From NCBI GenBank assembly GCA_045837725.1, contig JBEWZL010000155.1:1-64000 (forward strand): a DNA stretch of 64,000 nt, given 5' to 3'. This DNA comes from Vermamoeba vermiformis. Taxonomy: Eukaryota. The notes below the pieces were generated by a model that did no database searches, was not told where the DNA came from, and saw only the letters and a list, made by a program, of their open reading frames with translations. The position numbers and the translations under genes were made by a program. Shown here in pieces: positions 14,501 through 28,400 of the stretch. Position 1 is the first letter of the stretch; every line of letters begins with the position of its first letter.

Positions 14501-17500
14501 AACCCCGTTAGAAACTTGCCTTATTTGGTAATTCATTCGTACGTACTTGATATCAGCATCAACGATCAGCAACTTAATTTTACCGCAGATAGGTTCGATC
14601 AACTTGCTCTTGACGCTGTTGTTTTGGACCAAAGTCTCAATTGCTTTGTGTGCTTGGGTCCAAATAGCTTTGCACTTCCTATTGAACACGTGCTCTTGGA
14701 CTGTCGATGGAACTTTAGCCAAACGATCTTCTTCGCTGGTGTAGCTCGGGGTCAATAAACTGCCTTCGAAGATCAAGGCCAACGACTCAATCTTGAGTTC
14801 GTTCAATGCGGACAAAGTCGAGGCATCAATGAAGTGTTGCAACACGTCCAAAACACTCGACAAGAACTTGTTGTTGTTGTTAAGCTCGGGCTTTTGTTGG
14901 TTCTTTCTGATGTAGTCCTGTAGCTCTTTGTTTAAGAATCGCACCAAGTCACCGAGGACCTCCATAGAGATCAATGATTGGCCGTTTCCAGTCATCAGCA
15001 AGTTCAACAACTCCACGCTCATCGGATCCGTAGTGAATCTGTAAGAATTCTTGGCGACGTCCAAAGCTAACGTATTCAATACTGGCGAGCTCCAGTCAAG
15101 CTTCTCGCTGTGCTGGCAAACCTAAGAAAAAAAGCGTTAGCACTTCTATAAAAGGAAATATCCTCCCAAAAGTTGGGGAGGAAATTTTTGACCGAAGAGA
15201 AATGAATGATTGTATGTACCTTGTGCAAGATGTAGTGAACAAAAGACAAGTCAGAGAAGCTGCATAAGAGCGACAGCAATGAGTCCCATTGGGACTTGCG
15301 CTCGTCTTCGGCAAAGATTGAGCGTAAGAAGACTGACGACGAGATGTCCAAGGCATTCAAAACCAACTGTGATTTGTCGCCGTACTGTGCTGCCGATCGA
15401 TCGACGTTGGCAAGTTCGTCCAAAGTTTGCTTCAAATGGGTCAACAAGTCTCCTGTGTAGAACACAGTGGCTATTAAATCAGTATTAGTACTTCGTTTTT
15501 TAACACTATGGTAGGCCGTACCAGGCTTCAAACTCAAAGTTTCGACGCCAAAAGTGTTTGCAAGTTGAGACAGCAATGCCATTTCAGGAACGGACTGGGC
15601 TTTGTACATTTCACTGAAGGAGTTGAAGATCTTTTGCAACAGCTGCAAAAAGGTCTAAACACGAAATTAAGGTCCGTCCGTTATTTTCATTTGAAAAAAG
15701 GTTGACTTACTGGGTCCTCTGAGGCATAAGTAGCGGGAAATTTCACCAAAAATGAAGCCAAGTGGTCAGCGAAGATTTTTTGAGCGGTAAAATCCGTGCT
15801 CAGTGCCTCTTCGCCTCTAAGGTGCAAATGGAACTTGGACTTGCCATCGAGCGACATCCAAATCTCTTTGACTGGCTCTTGATTTTCTTTCAACTTGCTC
15901 TTGAGGTCGATAACGAAGGTCGCCATAGCCTTAGGCAATGACTCAAACAAAACTTTCTGAAATAGAATATCATTAGCTACACAAGGTAGTTATTATTATT
16001 GGTATTAGAGGTACCTCGTATTTCAAGTAGCCGGTGATTATAGGCAAGAAGTGGGTCGAAATCAAATGACTTTGCAAAGATGCACCGAAATCTCCGGCAC
16101 GAACAATCGCAAAGACAAGACATTCCATGTACGCGCTCAACGCAACACCTTCATTGTGTTTCTTAATGTTTTCGCTCTTCACGAATCCTTTCCACATGTT
16201 ATTGAAAAAATTGTCCAAGAAATCCTTGAACGATTTCTCATCCTACAAAAAGACTCAGAATCAATATATCGCTTAAATTTCCAAATATGGTAAATAAACT
16301 GGAAGCCGATGGTTATTACTTTTTTTCATGAATGAAACTTACCGAGTATATTTTTGTTGTTTTGGGGATTAGCGACAAGAAAGGCAACATGAACGGATAA
16401 GTCTGTTCAACGGATCCATAAGCACCCGAAGACAACAAAGCCCAGAGCTTAGGGAACACGACTTGGTTGTAATCAATGTGCTCCCAGCTCTGCGGAAAAA
16501 CTTTCATGTAGTTCAACACCAAGTCCCACATTTGAATATGCGTCGAGGACTCTTTCTCGCCCAACAAGCCCATTACAACGGGCGTAATCTTTTTTGAATT
16601 CTTTTCAATAAACGCTAAAAAAGCAGATTAGAATTGACGAGGACGAAGGTCTCAAGGTTTGACACGTGTCAAAGTAACGTACCAGGATAATTCGTGCACA
16701 ACGATTTTAAGACTGAATAAGCTGCGCTTCTAATTCGATTTTGTTTCGCGGTCAAAAACTTCCAAATTTTTTCATCGAGAATTTCATCGTAGTCTTCAAC
16801 TTTGGCATTTTGTTCAGGTGTCAATGACCCTTGAATTAACCATCGTTAATATCAGTAGTGAAATCTACGCAATATTTGGCAGATCTTACCAATTAAATGT
16901 CCCAACACCATGACAGCCGCAGAAACAACTCTTTCGTACTTTTCATTCGACGCGTCAGTAGCTTTACCTTCACCAGCTAATCGATTTAAATATGTTAATA
17001 CTAGTCTATAATAAAAAGTCATTAAATGTATTCTTACATAGAGTTTGAGGTGTCTGATTGAGTTTTTCTTTGATAAATTCGAGTATTTCTTTCTTGCAGA
17101 AGTTTAATGCCTCCGCATGCTTCTTTTCAGGCAAAGCAACCTAATAACGATAGTAACAATGTTAATATATATTATCGTAATATAAATATATTAGCCAATT
17201 GGTCTTACCAAAAACGATGCCTTTGCTGCAGTTCTAACTTCAGCTTCGGGATCAAAATGAGCCAGTAACCAACTTGGAATATAAACCTTCAAATGAGGTG
17301 CCAACGCTCTAATAAAAATATTATTAACTAGTCTGATAAATTGTTATTAAGAGTGCTGAGTACCTTCCAATTTTGGTGACCAAAACTTTGTGTAATTTAA
17401 GCGCGGCCTCTCGGACCTTCCAATCATTAGCTTCAACGAGTGTATCGAATTCTCGTGCCCATCTATATATTAAGATTAATATTGCACGCATTGCAACAGA

Positions 17501-18018
17501 TCAATAGTTTCGTGATCGATAAAAATTAAGATCCTTGCAAGATTTAAAGTGCTAATACCTGTTCACTATTGGCTCATAGTCTTTTTCTTCTAATTTTTCG
17601 AATACAGCTTTCAATTCATCGATAGCTTTCAATACGGTGACAGAGTCTTTTTTCGATAGCTTTTTAAAAATTACTTGGACCTCAGGAGCGATAGACTATG
17701 CATTGCACGTGTTAAAAATACGTTAAATATTATTGTACGAAATTATTTTAATTTTCGCGAATAGTGCAAGAACAGATCCATAAAAGTTGAGAAAAATAAT
17801 TAAATAAAATTGGCTGACAATAAAAATGACTTACGGTGTATAAACTTGGATCAAATGAACCAAATCCGACAAATCCACCACCGACAAGCGCTTGGGCTTG
17901 ACTAAAATAAGATCAGTCAGAAAACTGCTCGATCTGCGTTTGACTAGGGGAAACTGCTGTATTAACTTTTCGGGTGCTATATTTCATACCTGCTAGATGC
18001 CTTTGACTTTTTGCTCAT
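11515..18018 (-). CDS. LTN1: E3 ubiquitin ligase listerin (ribosome quality control)
   Basis: C-terminal RWD-like [11 protein letters not shown] and [19 protein letters not shown]...[31 protein letters not shown]-terminal exons carry GGFVGFGSF and [10 protein letters not shown]. Many small introns. Confidence 0.93.
16658..16673. repeat. Perfect 16-bp palindrome TTTGACACGTGTCAAA in an LTN1 intron (dispersed TGACAC motif)
   Basis: Related copies at 1409..1420, 12296..12310, 28290..28311, 39460..39480, 55517..55533 and 57395..57412. Confidence 0.75.
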
Positions 18019-18748
18019 GCTGATCAGTTTGTTAAATAAAAAAAAATGTTCTTGCAAAACTATCTTTCTTTTGACCGCCCGAAGAGCAACAAGCCAGCTT
18101 ATCTTTGGCATATTTGATCACCAACACATACTATTAATAAAAGACAGCCAAGATGATGATCCAACAAGTATCCAACTACTTCAAATTGAAGAAGATGCAG
18201 TATGAATTAGTGACCGGTTTGGGCATGTTGCAAACTTGGGAAAAGCTTATTATCTGTAAGTAACATATATGAAAATCTAGATCAAGGCTCTGAAACAAAT
18301 TGTAATGAAAAATCGGTTTGATCAGATCCATTTTTTAGTAATCAAATTCCCCGAGCTTAATAAATTAATCTATAACATGTCATATTAATATTACCGGTCG
18401 GGCGTGTATTTATTCACTTTGTTTCAAATTCCAACGGTAATAATTTCTAACTGACGTTTTTCATTTTCCGCAGATCTGGGTCAATTTTTCACGATCGCTT
18501 TCTTCCTCTATCGCCTTTATGTAGCTATTGTAGAATAGATGTATTTTTAATAAATTGTAATTTACTTTTCGTTTTTCCCGTTTTGTTTCACGTCAATCAT
18601 ACCGGAGCCAGATGTGACAGATGATCATTGATCGCACATAGTACTTAATAATATTACTAAACTAGGTATTATAATAATATTTATTTTTTATAATTACATG
18701 CAAAACCAAGTCCAAGATCGTCGAACTTGGACAAGAGAGCCCAGTCCT

Positions 18749-19815
18749 TTACTGGATCTTGGCGTTCTTAGAGATAACTCTCAAGTTGTATAGGCCATAA
18801 CCCAATAGAGCAGCAGGTACCGCGGTCAAAAGCGCATCCATCCACTCGCGCACGTGATAGAAGAAGTACGCATGCGAGGCAGCAAACACGAAGGTGAGCC
18901 ACAACCAATTAACAATGTATCGAGCACCCTAATAATAATAATACTATAATTAGTATATTTGTTTTGCAAATAAATCCAGCAAGTACAAATTTTTTACCTG
19001 TGGAAGGGCGTTGGTTAACCACGATATTTCAGAGAGCACAATTACCAGGATGAAGATTCCGTTCGATACACTAATAGTAGGTGACAGTGTTAATAATATA
19101 TAGGCATTATTATTGAGGAATGAAGTCATGAAGTCGAAGAGACACGTGCGAATCTGACTCGATCCGAAAATTTGGTAAGCTTACCTGAGAGTCGCCTCAT
19201 AGCTAACTTCATCGTGAGTGTAGTAGTGCTTGTACATAAATCCAAAAACAACCATAGTCATAATAAACAGACCAATAGTTGGCAAGCCCAAGAATCGGAT
19301 CGCCCATTGCTGATTCAGAGCGTGCCTTAACGAAACATTAGTTTCTTGATTAGGTAAAGACTCGCGTAATAAAGCGAAATTGGACTTTGGCAACAAGAAA
19401 CATATTGCACGAAGCGATAGGCCGTTGCGGCTGCCACGTGTGCGTAAAACAAAATCTTTTTTTCAATTTCGCTTCGTAATTACGTACAATTGTAAGAAAG
19501 GCAAAATAAATATTCCATAATGTTGCGCGTAAGAAGGCATATTGAGAAATATTATTCTTAAATTTTTTGGTGCAGCACTTACTTGTTTGAAACGATGAGC
19601 AAGATGAGCGCAACCACCCAGAACATTAAGCCCACGAGTTGATACGTAAAAAAATGGCACATTTCGTGTGTATGCTCGTGTTCATAATGCGGGACAGTCC
19701 AGTCGTGGCTCAAATAGTGGTACGTTCCGATAATTGGTCTGTAGATGGCGTACAATGCCAAGGTATATAAGCCCAGCTTAGTAATTTGAAAATTGTCCCA
19801 CTTTTGTCCTGCCAT
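18749..19815 (-). CDS. Multi-pass membrane protein (about 210 aa, 4 exons) with a His-rich loop
   Basis: Spliced ORF MAGQKWDNF...HYEHEHTHEMCHFF...HALNQQW...GARYIVNWLW...KNAKIQ*, with about 6 hydrophobic segments. Confidence 0.65.
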
Positions 19816-20440
19816 TTGTTGCCTACGAACGTTCGTTGATAAAAATATGACAGTTACAGCCGGCAGAAGATTTTTTTGGTTGCCCTTTCACGGCTGGAGT
19901 TATTATCGTGACCACAAGAGATGTAATTAGTATGTACAGATGTGGCGCAGCTAGTCGTCGCTTTGCACACCGTACCTTCTCCTTGGTTGGCGCCATCTCG
20001 GCTCAAAACAAACATAACTTGCTAAATTATTAAGCTTGGAGATACCATTCAAGACAATACACCACAAAAGCACGCGCACATAGTTCGTTTCATCTTAGAC
20101 AGTGTTTGTTAGACTACTTCGAAATGCGATCAAATCCGTCTCGCAAAAAGCTAAACAATTATCAAGCAATGTGTCTCGGTAAATATTACTATGTAAACGT
20201 CTACTACGTTTTGAATTTTATAAATTACAAATTATTATTAGAGGGCGCAATTCGATCAGCTTAATCCGCTCCCGTTTTCCTTGAGCAATTCGCACGAATA
20301 ACTACTAGTAATATAGTGGCATATATGCATACCTCATTGGCCGGTTTCAAATCGAACTAGCCGCTAGCCGCTTTACTTCAAATTCAAAAATTTGTCGCGG
20401 TAAAAACAGTTCTGAGCTGCTACTTTTAACAAACACCACA

Positions 20441-23400
20441 ATGCTGTTAACTCGAGTTCAAGTATCCAACTTCAAGTCCTTTCGCGAGCAAGAAGTCACT
20501 TTTCTTCCTCAAGGGATGAACTGCATTACAGGCCCGAATGGATTTGGTAAGCAAGAATGTCGTTACACGAGCCTTGTTGATTTCTCTTAACATTCTTTAC
20601 TAGGCAAGTCGAACTTACTCGATGCCATATCCTTCTCTTTATGCAGTCCGGTCTCAAAGCTTCGAGTTCAAGCGGAGTCGGACTTGATCCTCAAGAACGT
20701 ACTAGCTTCAAACAACGTTCGGACGTGTTATGTAAGCTTGGGTATTGTATATATTAATACAAATAACCTGATTACATCCCAGGTTATTCTTTCCTTTGAT
20801 AACTCGCGTCAGCTAGTCCCAGGTTATCCGGATCGACAATACCAACTTTTAACGAAAGTTATTTGGTAAGGACGGACTCTTATAATATAACAAATACCAA
20901 TAATATATGATAACTAGTGACGACAAGAGTACCGCGGTACTTCATCAACTTAATGGCAAGACAAAGACAAAAAAAGGCAAGTTGATCGCGCACCTTTAAG
21001 GCACTAACTTGAGCTAGATATAAAACGGTTCTTATCCGACATAAATCTCGACGTAGATGACCCTAGCTTCATTGTTTATCAAAATTCCGTTGTTCAGTTG
21101 CCGTTTCTCAAACCTCAGCAGCTGGCTCGACAGATCTTGGATGCGAGCGGGACTAGAACTTTCCACGAGAACATCAAAAGAGCGGAGCGTGACATGATCT
21201 CGTGGAGAGAATCCGAGAGTATTATATTAAAGAATATCGAGCTCCTTCAGGCTCGACTCGACGAAGACACAAAAGAAATCCGCGTCGAAAAGGAGATCAA
21301 GCGTAAGTTGCATTACGTAATAGGCCGTATTCTAATGAGATATCTAGAGCTCAAGAGCGATGTTTCTAGAGCCGAGAAGACGATAAAGTCTGCAGAAGAC
21401 AACGAGCAGAAACTTCGTGCCACGAATCTGCTAAGCGAGATCCAGCAGAACGAAGCTCTTTTAGCCAACTTCAAAGTAATATAAAATGTATTGAATTGGA
21501 TATTCAATAATGTCTTGTAGGAGGATCTTAGCAGAGTGGAGCAAAATCTAAGTGAGACTCAGACGCTAGTGGCCGAACGAAGCAGCCAGTTAAATGAAAT
21601 TGTCAACACCATTGCTGAGTTGGAATTACAAATCGAGCACTTGAGTGGCGTAGGTCTGACAGCCATTACCGAAAAATTCTAACCACGTATAGTCTATTGC
21701 TGAACAAGAGGAGTACAAGCGGTTTGAAGAGACCGAGGCACGTGAGCTAATGGACCGTAAAGCACGCCAGGAGAGCGAGCAACAATGCTTGATTAAGGAG
21801 AAAGAGGAGCTTAATGACAAGTTAGCCGCATTGAGAAGCAAGAAGACTGCTGTGGAGAGTGAGCTCAGTCAACTGAACTTCGAGTTGGAGAAGGTTTCGA
21901 AGCTGAAGTCTCAAGAAGGTACGCGAGGTCAAATAGCATTCTATAGCAATCTAACAGATAAAATCAGACCTGCGTAGGAAAGTAGACGAGCTGAGAGCTG
22001 AACTCCGATCGCTACAAGAAAGCATTTCTATTGTGAGTGACCTCATTTTGCAACTTATCCTGCCTTAACACCGCTCGATTATAGGATACTCAAGCTATTG
22101 AAAGTTGCAGCCTTGACGAGCAGCAGTTGACTCACCAGAAGAAAGAATTAGAACAGCAGCTGCGTGACTGTGGGAACGTCAAACAACGCACTGCCCTGCT
22201 GGTAAGTATCGACATGAATTCTTCTCATCAACTCGTTAACGAAATACTTGACAGAAAGAAGAGTACCAATCCATTTTGAGGTCAAAAGATAATACGAGAC
22301 GCGAGTTAAAAGAAACAGAAATCAAGTACGATACTGTTCGCAGAGACATGAGTCTTCAAAGAGTTTCTGCAGTAAGTAGTAGTATTTATGAGAACTAGCC
22401 TTGCAGAGGACTGACAGACCTTCAAGGTTAACGAGAAAGACTTGGGTTTGTTGGTTGATTTGTTTAGCGTGCAGAATGGACACGATGAGTATTGTAAGTA
22501 TTAGTTAGCATTCGTTATAGCTAATAATTCAATTAGACGACGCACTCAATCAGGTCTTCAAGTCTTTCGTGAATGTGCGAGTAACGCTCGACTCGAACAC
22601 TGCCTCGCAGTTGCTCAAAGAACCAAGCCGTAGCGCTCGTATTTGGGCACTGGACAGGCTCGAATTCAAGAATAATGAAGCACAGATGAGGCGTATTGCA
22701 GAATCTTATGGCTCCGAGCAGGTCGTCTATCCTGTTGATCTCCTGGAGTATGAGAGTCGACTTTCACCAGCTATTTATCGAGTGTAAGTGATCTGAGTTA
22801 AAATGCTCGTGCTACTAACCAACAATCAATAGGTTCGGTTCCACTCTAATAACGAGGACCGATGCAGTCGGCGAAGAAATCGTGAAGCGATTCAATGTTC
22901 GCGTTGTGTAAGTGCGGCTTTCACATGTACATAAATGTCTAACAATCTACAGCACGTTAAAGGGCACTACAATGTCATCCGGGTTGATGACAGGAGGATA
23001 TCACGCTAACAAAGGAAACATCATCAGAATGAAAATGACTTCGTTTAAACTTGCGCAAGACCTCCACCGATTGCGAGCCGAGCATGATGCTATCAAAAAA
23101 AGAGAGGACGAGGCACAAGCCCTCTTGCGCGACGCTGAACGAGAGTTGGAGGCTGAAAGGACCAACGAGAAAGTGCGTGTCACGCCATTAATATTGTACG
23201 ATTGGGACTTAAACTAACAAGAGCAGCTTCGAGCTCGTATTTCTAAGATGGAGCGGTCTCTAAGAGCCACTGTAACGAACAAGAAGCAGCTATTAGAGAA
23301 GCTTGAGCGAAATATCAGTCGAGTGTCAGTCATCGAGCAACAATTGCAACAGCTCTCTGCAACGAGCGGCGTGACAAATGGCTCGAAGACCAACGTAAAA

Positions 23401-24788
23401 TCTCTCAACAAGCAGCGAACCAAGCTACAAAAAGGTAATGAGGTGGCCTATTTTAACTGCTTAATCTTTATTTGACAGATCTGGACGACCTCGCCCGTCA
23501 AATCGAGTTGACAGAGGCTCGTGTTACGGCTATTGATGTAGAACTAGAGCACCTAAGCCGTCAACTTACCAATGTAGAGATAGAAAAGCGTGAAGGCAAT
23601 GTACAGGATTTGGAAGCACTTAAAGCGAAGTTTAGCGAGGCTAATGCTCAGTTGACATCGTTTGTTGCTTCGAGAAAGCAGCTCACTGCCGATGTCAAGA
23701 AGCTTCAAAATGGTAAGTTAAGTAACTACTCAACGTCTTACTGACGCACTCGATAGGCCTTGTGGAGTCAGAAGAAGCTAGGCAAGACTTTCTCAAGAAG
23801 ATTAGTGCCGCCAACAAACAGCTAGTGCAGCTCAACAAAGAGAGGACTCGTTTGAAGATTGATCGCGACGACGAGGATGTGCAGATGGACGTCGAAGTTG
23901 ATGTTGAGGAGCTAAAGTACACCGCGGAAGAGATACGCAAAAAGCTTCAGACGCTCAAAAGCACCCTGCGTGAGCTTCGCAAGAGCAAGAACGGGCGTGC
24001 CAATCCTGCGTTAATCGAGCAACGAGAACAGACTCTCAATGACTTCAAGAATAAGGTACGGCTCACAGTCATACAAACGAATGGAATTGACCGTTACCAT
24101 TAGGTGCTGGTCGTTCAACAAAGCTTGAAGGAGCTCGCTATTGGCATCCAACTGTCGATTGAAAAGATCAACGAAGCGAACAACATTGCATTCGAAAGTG
24201 CGTAATGGAAGCTCTTCCAGACTGATGACTAACAAGGCTTACATTGTCCAGTTGTGAGAAAGGAGTTCTCGAAGCAGTTCGCGACAGTTATTCCCAACAA
24301 AAGAGCTGACGTACGACGCGTCAATCCTGACGGGCCACTCGTATGAAAGTTTGCGCTATGTTACTTCAATCTCGATTAACTAATATTTCGTTACTATAGG
24401 AAGAGGGCATATACTTCGTTATTTCGGATATCAACTCGGATGAATGGCGCGAAGGTAGATCTCATCCTTTGTCGCGGTCGTTGTGAACTAATTTTGCCCT
24501 AGGTTTGAACGAGCTGAGTGGCGGTGAGAAGACCTTACTTGCCATGAGTTTTATTCTTAGTACTGCTGCGTTCAAGAAGCGATCTCTTTACATTTTTGAT
24601 GAGGTCGACGCGGGTAAGTAGATCAACCAGATCTGTGTAAAAAGATTCTTACTGATATTGTAATAATTCATTGTTATATGTAGCATTGGACGAGATTAAT
24701 AGCAAGCGATTAGCAGCGCTGATTAATTCGATGTTGGGGACTTCCCAAGTGATCTGCGTCAGCCACAACCAAAATTTTTCGAAGCAGG
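20441..24788 (+). CDS. SMC-family ATPase, divergent SMC2-like (terminal exon not resolved)
   Basis: MLLTRVQVSNFKSF, Walker A ITGPNGFGKSNLLDAI, Q-loop FIVYQN, long coiled coils, hinge FGSTLI...VTLKG...GLMTGG, signature WREGLNELSGGEKTL, Walker B/D-loop LYIFDEVDAALD. Confidence 0.88.
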
Positions 24789-25446
24789 TACGTACTTATA
24801 TTATCTATACATCATGTTAGATTAGTTTATATACACGGCCATTGAACGTTAATTCCACAAAAAGTTAACGGATCCAATCGATATTTGAAATGTATTCTCA
24901 TTGCAATTTCGCACTGTCGATTCCTTTTAGCGATGAAGTGTTGATAAGAATTGACGTTAAATTATGCGAAGAATTTTCTCGGACAAAAAGAGAGCCAAAA
25001 TTCTGCGTTTTTGTCGGCAAATTTCAATGGCCGTTCGCTATTTATTCAACAAAAATATCAAGCGGCGCTACAAACATAATAGAATGCAAAATTATGATGC
25101 CTTATAATTTTTTATTAAGACTTCACGCATTTAATATCGTTTTTATAAGGGAGCGCGCGAGATCCAAATTACGAAAGAAGGATTTTATTCTAAGGTGGCA
25201 AAAATTGTTGAACGATCGAATTAGGTCAATCAATATTTTTTAAAAAATATTGCGATTTTTTGATAGCCGCTAAATGAATTAGTTTATAAAAGAATAAAAT
25301 CGAACAGATCCCAGTCGGATTCAATTTCGATAGAAATTTCATGTAAAACTTGCTGAACACGACCACAGATCCAGTATTAAACGTGATTAGCGAGTGCTAT
25401 AAATATTGGCTAATGTCGAAAACCTAATTTTTCGAATCGAAACTTA

Positions 25447-28400
25447 ATGTCAGACCACGAAGGTAAACTAATCCGATCCCGATCTTCTTGACACAAACCA
25501 TTAATACTGTACTTAGTCTAATGTCTAGTCTTGAAAATATTGGCAAAATTCACAAAGGTAAGCCTATTAATTCGAACAATAGCAAATGGCGTGTTGGTGA
25601 CTACGAACAAGATCTGATCAGAAAAATTTTCGTCTTCAGGTGAAAAATCAAAAGAAAAGAAGTCAGTCAAGAACAGAATAATCAACGCAATGAAACGTAA
25701 AGGATTATCATCAGATTCATTAGACACAGTCTGCTCGCCATTAAAAAAGGTATAGAAACTAATATTTGTCTAATTCCCTGCGAATTCTAAGTATTAAATG
25801 TATTTGCACAGCACAAGTCGAGCAAAACAGACAAATTTCGAGCTAAGGTAAGTCTTATTATACTCACCTGGCTTTGGATCCAGATCAAAGATCTAAATTT
25901 TTTTGATCAGCTCGGAAAAATCATGGGCGCGGATACCAAACAAAACGAGAAGCTACAGAAGCTTATAGACAACTTAAATAAGCCAGGAAAATTGGATACT
26001 GCTTGCACAAAGCTTCTGACAGACTACGCATCCGCTTTAGACGAAAAGACATCTGCAAACGAAAAGAATAATATCACTGACAAGAGCGTCTATTTGGACC
26101 AAATTTTATTAGAAAAATTAATGTTTAAACTCGAAGAATTACAATCCCAAAGCAAGAAATATAAGAATACCACCACTGCAAGAAGTTTCCGAGACGACCT
26201 TATTACATTAATGAAATGCTTGCGAATACTTTCCAGAAATGGTAAAATTACTATAAAAGGAAATACGTAACTGAATACGATCTAATCGATTTTGTTCAGT
26301 ACAAACTTTGTCGGTCGGATTAACAGTTCAATCTTATGCCCAAACAATTCTTAAAGTCCTCGAAGACAGAATGGACGACGTTGAAGTTCAAAAATACTCT
26401 ATTGTTATATTTAACAATTTTGCGGCTCAATGTAAGTTCAAATAGTTTTTAGCGAAGAAAATGGCGCTAATTTTCTATTCCTTTTTAGGCAAGTCAATTG
26501 CAAGCGAATTACCGCAAAGTTCTACTTTGATAATTAAGTCAATTAAGACACACTTCCATAATCCCGAAATTGTAAACTTCGGAATGATCACCCTCAGAAA
26601 CTTGTCTTCCGACGGTAAGTCAAAGCACATCCGTTTCCTTCATTACTAACGGTCTTTCAGCAGACGCACAAAAATTGACAATTTACAACGAGAAGGCGTT
26701 GAAGTACGTTTTTAACGCGTTGCGAGACTACCCCAACAATTTATCCATCGTCGAAAACTGTTGCGCTGTCATTCGATTTTTGGCCTTAAATGGTAATTTC
26801 TAAATATAGTATTAGCTCGTTATAGAACCTATTCTTATTGGTCTCGTAGATGAGGTCGAGGAACAAATCGGGCTTCAAGGCGGAGTTCGAACGGTGTTGG
26901 AAGTCCTCAGCAGTTACATCAGCAAACAAAATATCGTCGTGCAAGTCGTAGGCGCCCTTTGGAACTTATCGAACAACGCCAACAACAAAGGTGATTTCAC
27001 ATTATAACGGCGTCAGATTGATTGCTGTCGTCATGAAAAGTTACGCTAAAGATGCGTACATCCAAAAAGCAACTTGCGCCGCCTTGCAAAACTTAGCAAT
27101 GAGCTGTAAGTCCGAAGAAAAATTATTGCAAAGCTTAAATTCGGAGGCTAATATTATTATCTTTAGCTCGTATTCGAGATACAATTGTTTCATGCGGTGG
27201 TATTGAAAGTGTTGTTATGAGCATGAAAAATTATCCGCACGACGCGGAAATTCAAGAACAAGCAGCTGGTGCTCTATGGAACTTTGCTTTAGATGGTAAG
27301 TGCCTAAATACAAATAACCGGACAGCATTTCGCCTAATTGTTTTTAATTATTCGGTCAATTATTGAGGAAATTTCAATTTTGCGGAACGCTCGCGCTACA
27401 ACACGTAATAACATTTTGATTTTTAGATCGCAATAAGAAGCTAATATCTGATTTAAATGGTATTCATTATATACTACGAGCGTTGAAGAGGTTTTCATTC
27501 GATGCAAATGTCGTTGAATGTTGCTGCGGTGCTTTACAGAATTTGACATTGAACGGTAAGTTAATTGATACATACACATGTAAAACACTTGTTGCAATTG
27601 AATTTGATAAATAATCGTCCAGATCCAGATGACGTGGCTAAACTTGCTTTCGCTAATGCCAAATCACTCAAGTTGCTATTGAACATTATTCGACAGCACG
27701 TGGATAACTCCGATGTATTAGAAGGTGCCATATCGGTCTTATGGAACTTATCCACCAATGGTAAGTTTTTCCGCTAGTACTCCATAAAAAACTAGTTCCT
27801 AATACTTTTTTATTAGATACCAACAAACTTTTGATCGTTTCTGAGCACGGAATTGTCGTCATTTTGGAGATCATGAGACGACATAGAATTTCAGCTGAAG
27901 TGCAAGAATGTTGCTGCGGTCTCTTACGCAATCTTTCTACGAAAGACGCATTGAGGACATTGATTGCCGAAGAGAACGGCATTGACGGCATTATTAGCAC
28001 TTTGAGCCTTCATTACAGTACGTCAAAGCCTATTAAAACCATCGAAACTGACAGGCTTGCAATAGATTTCCCGCAACTCGCCGAAGAAGCAACAGCCGCG
28101 CTTAGCAACCTTTCGGAATCACCCGAGCTGCACGTGCGAATCGTTCAAGCCAACGGCATTCAAACAGCCATTAAGACTCTCATGCACTACGAAGAAACAT
28201 TGATTGAAGGTCGCGAGCGAAGCCCTGAGATTCACACGTATACCTCTGACTTCTTGGTGAACCTCCTGTCAAACGGTAAGTCCCGAAAGTGACACTTTGA
28301 CACCTGTCAAACGATTTTCCTAACGCTAAAAACTTCAGTTGCTGGTCAAAAAGAACTCATGCTCGGCATTATCAATACGAACTCCGTGCGTTCTTTAATG

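Noticed and set aside
11515-18018. Fragmented ORFs suggesting a pseudogene, frameshifting or an alternative genetic code
   Set aside because: The breaks I checked coincide with GT-AG introns with branch points, and TAA, TAG and TGA all act as normal stops in this window.
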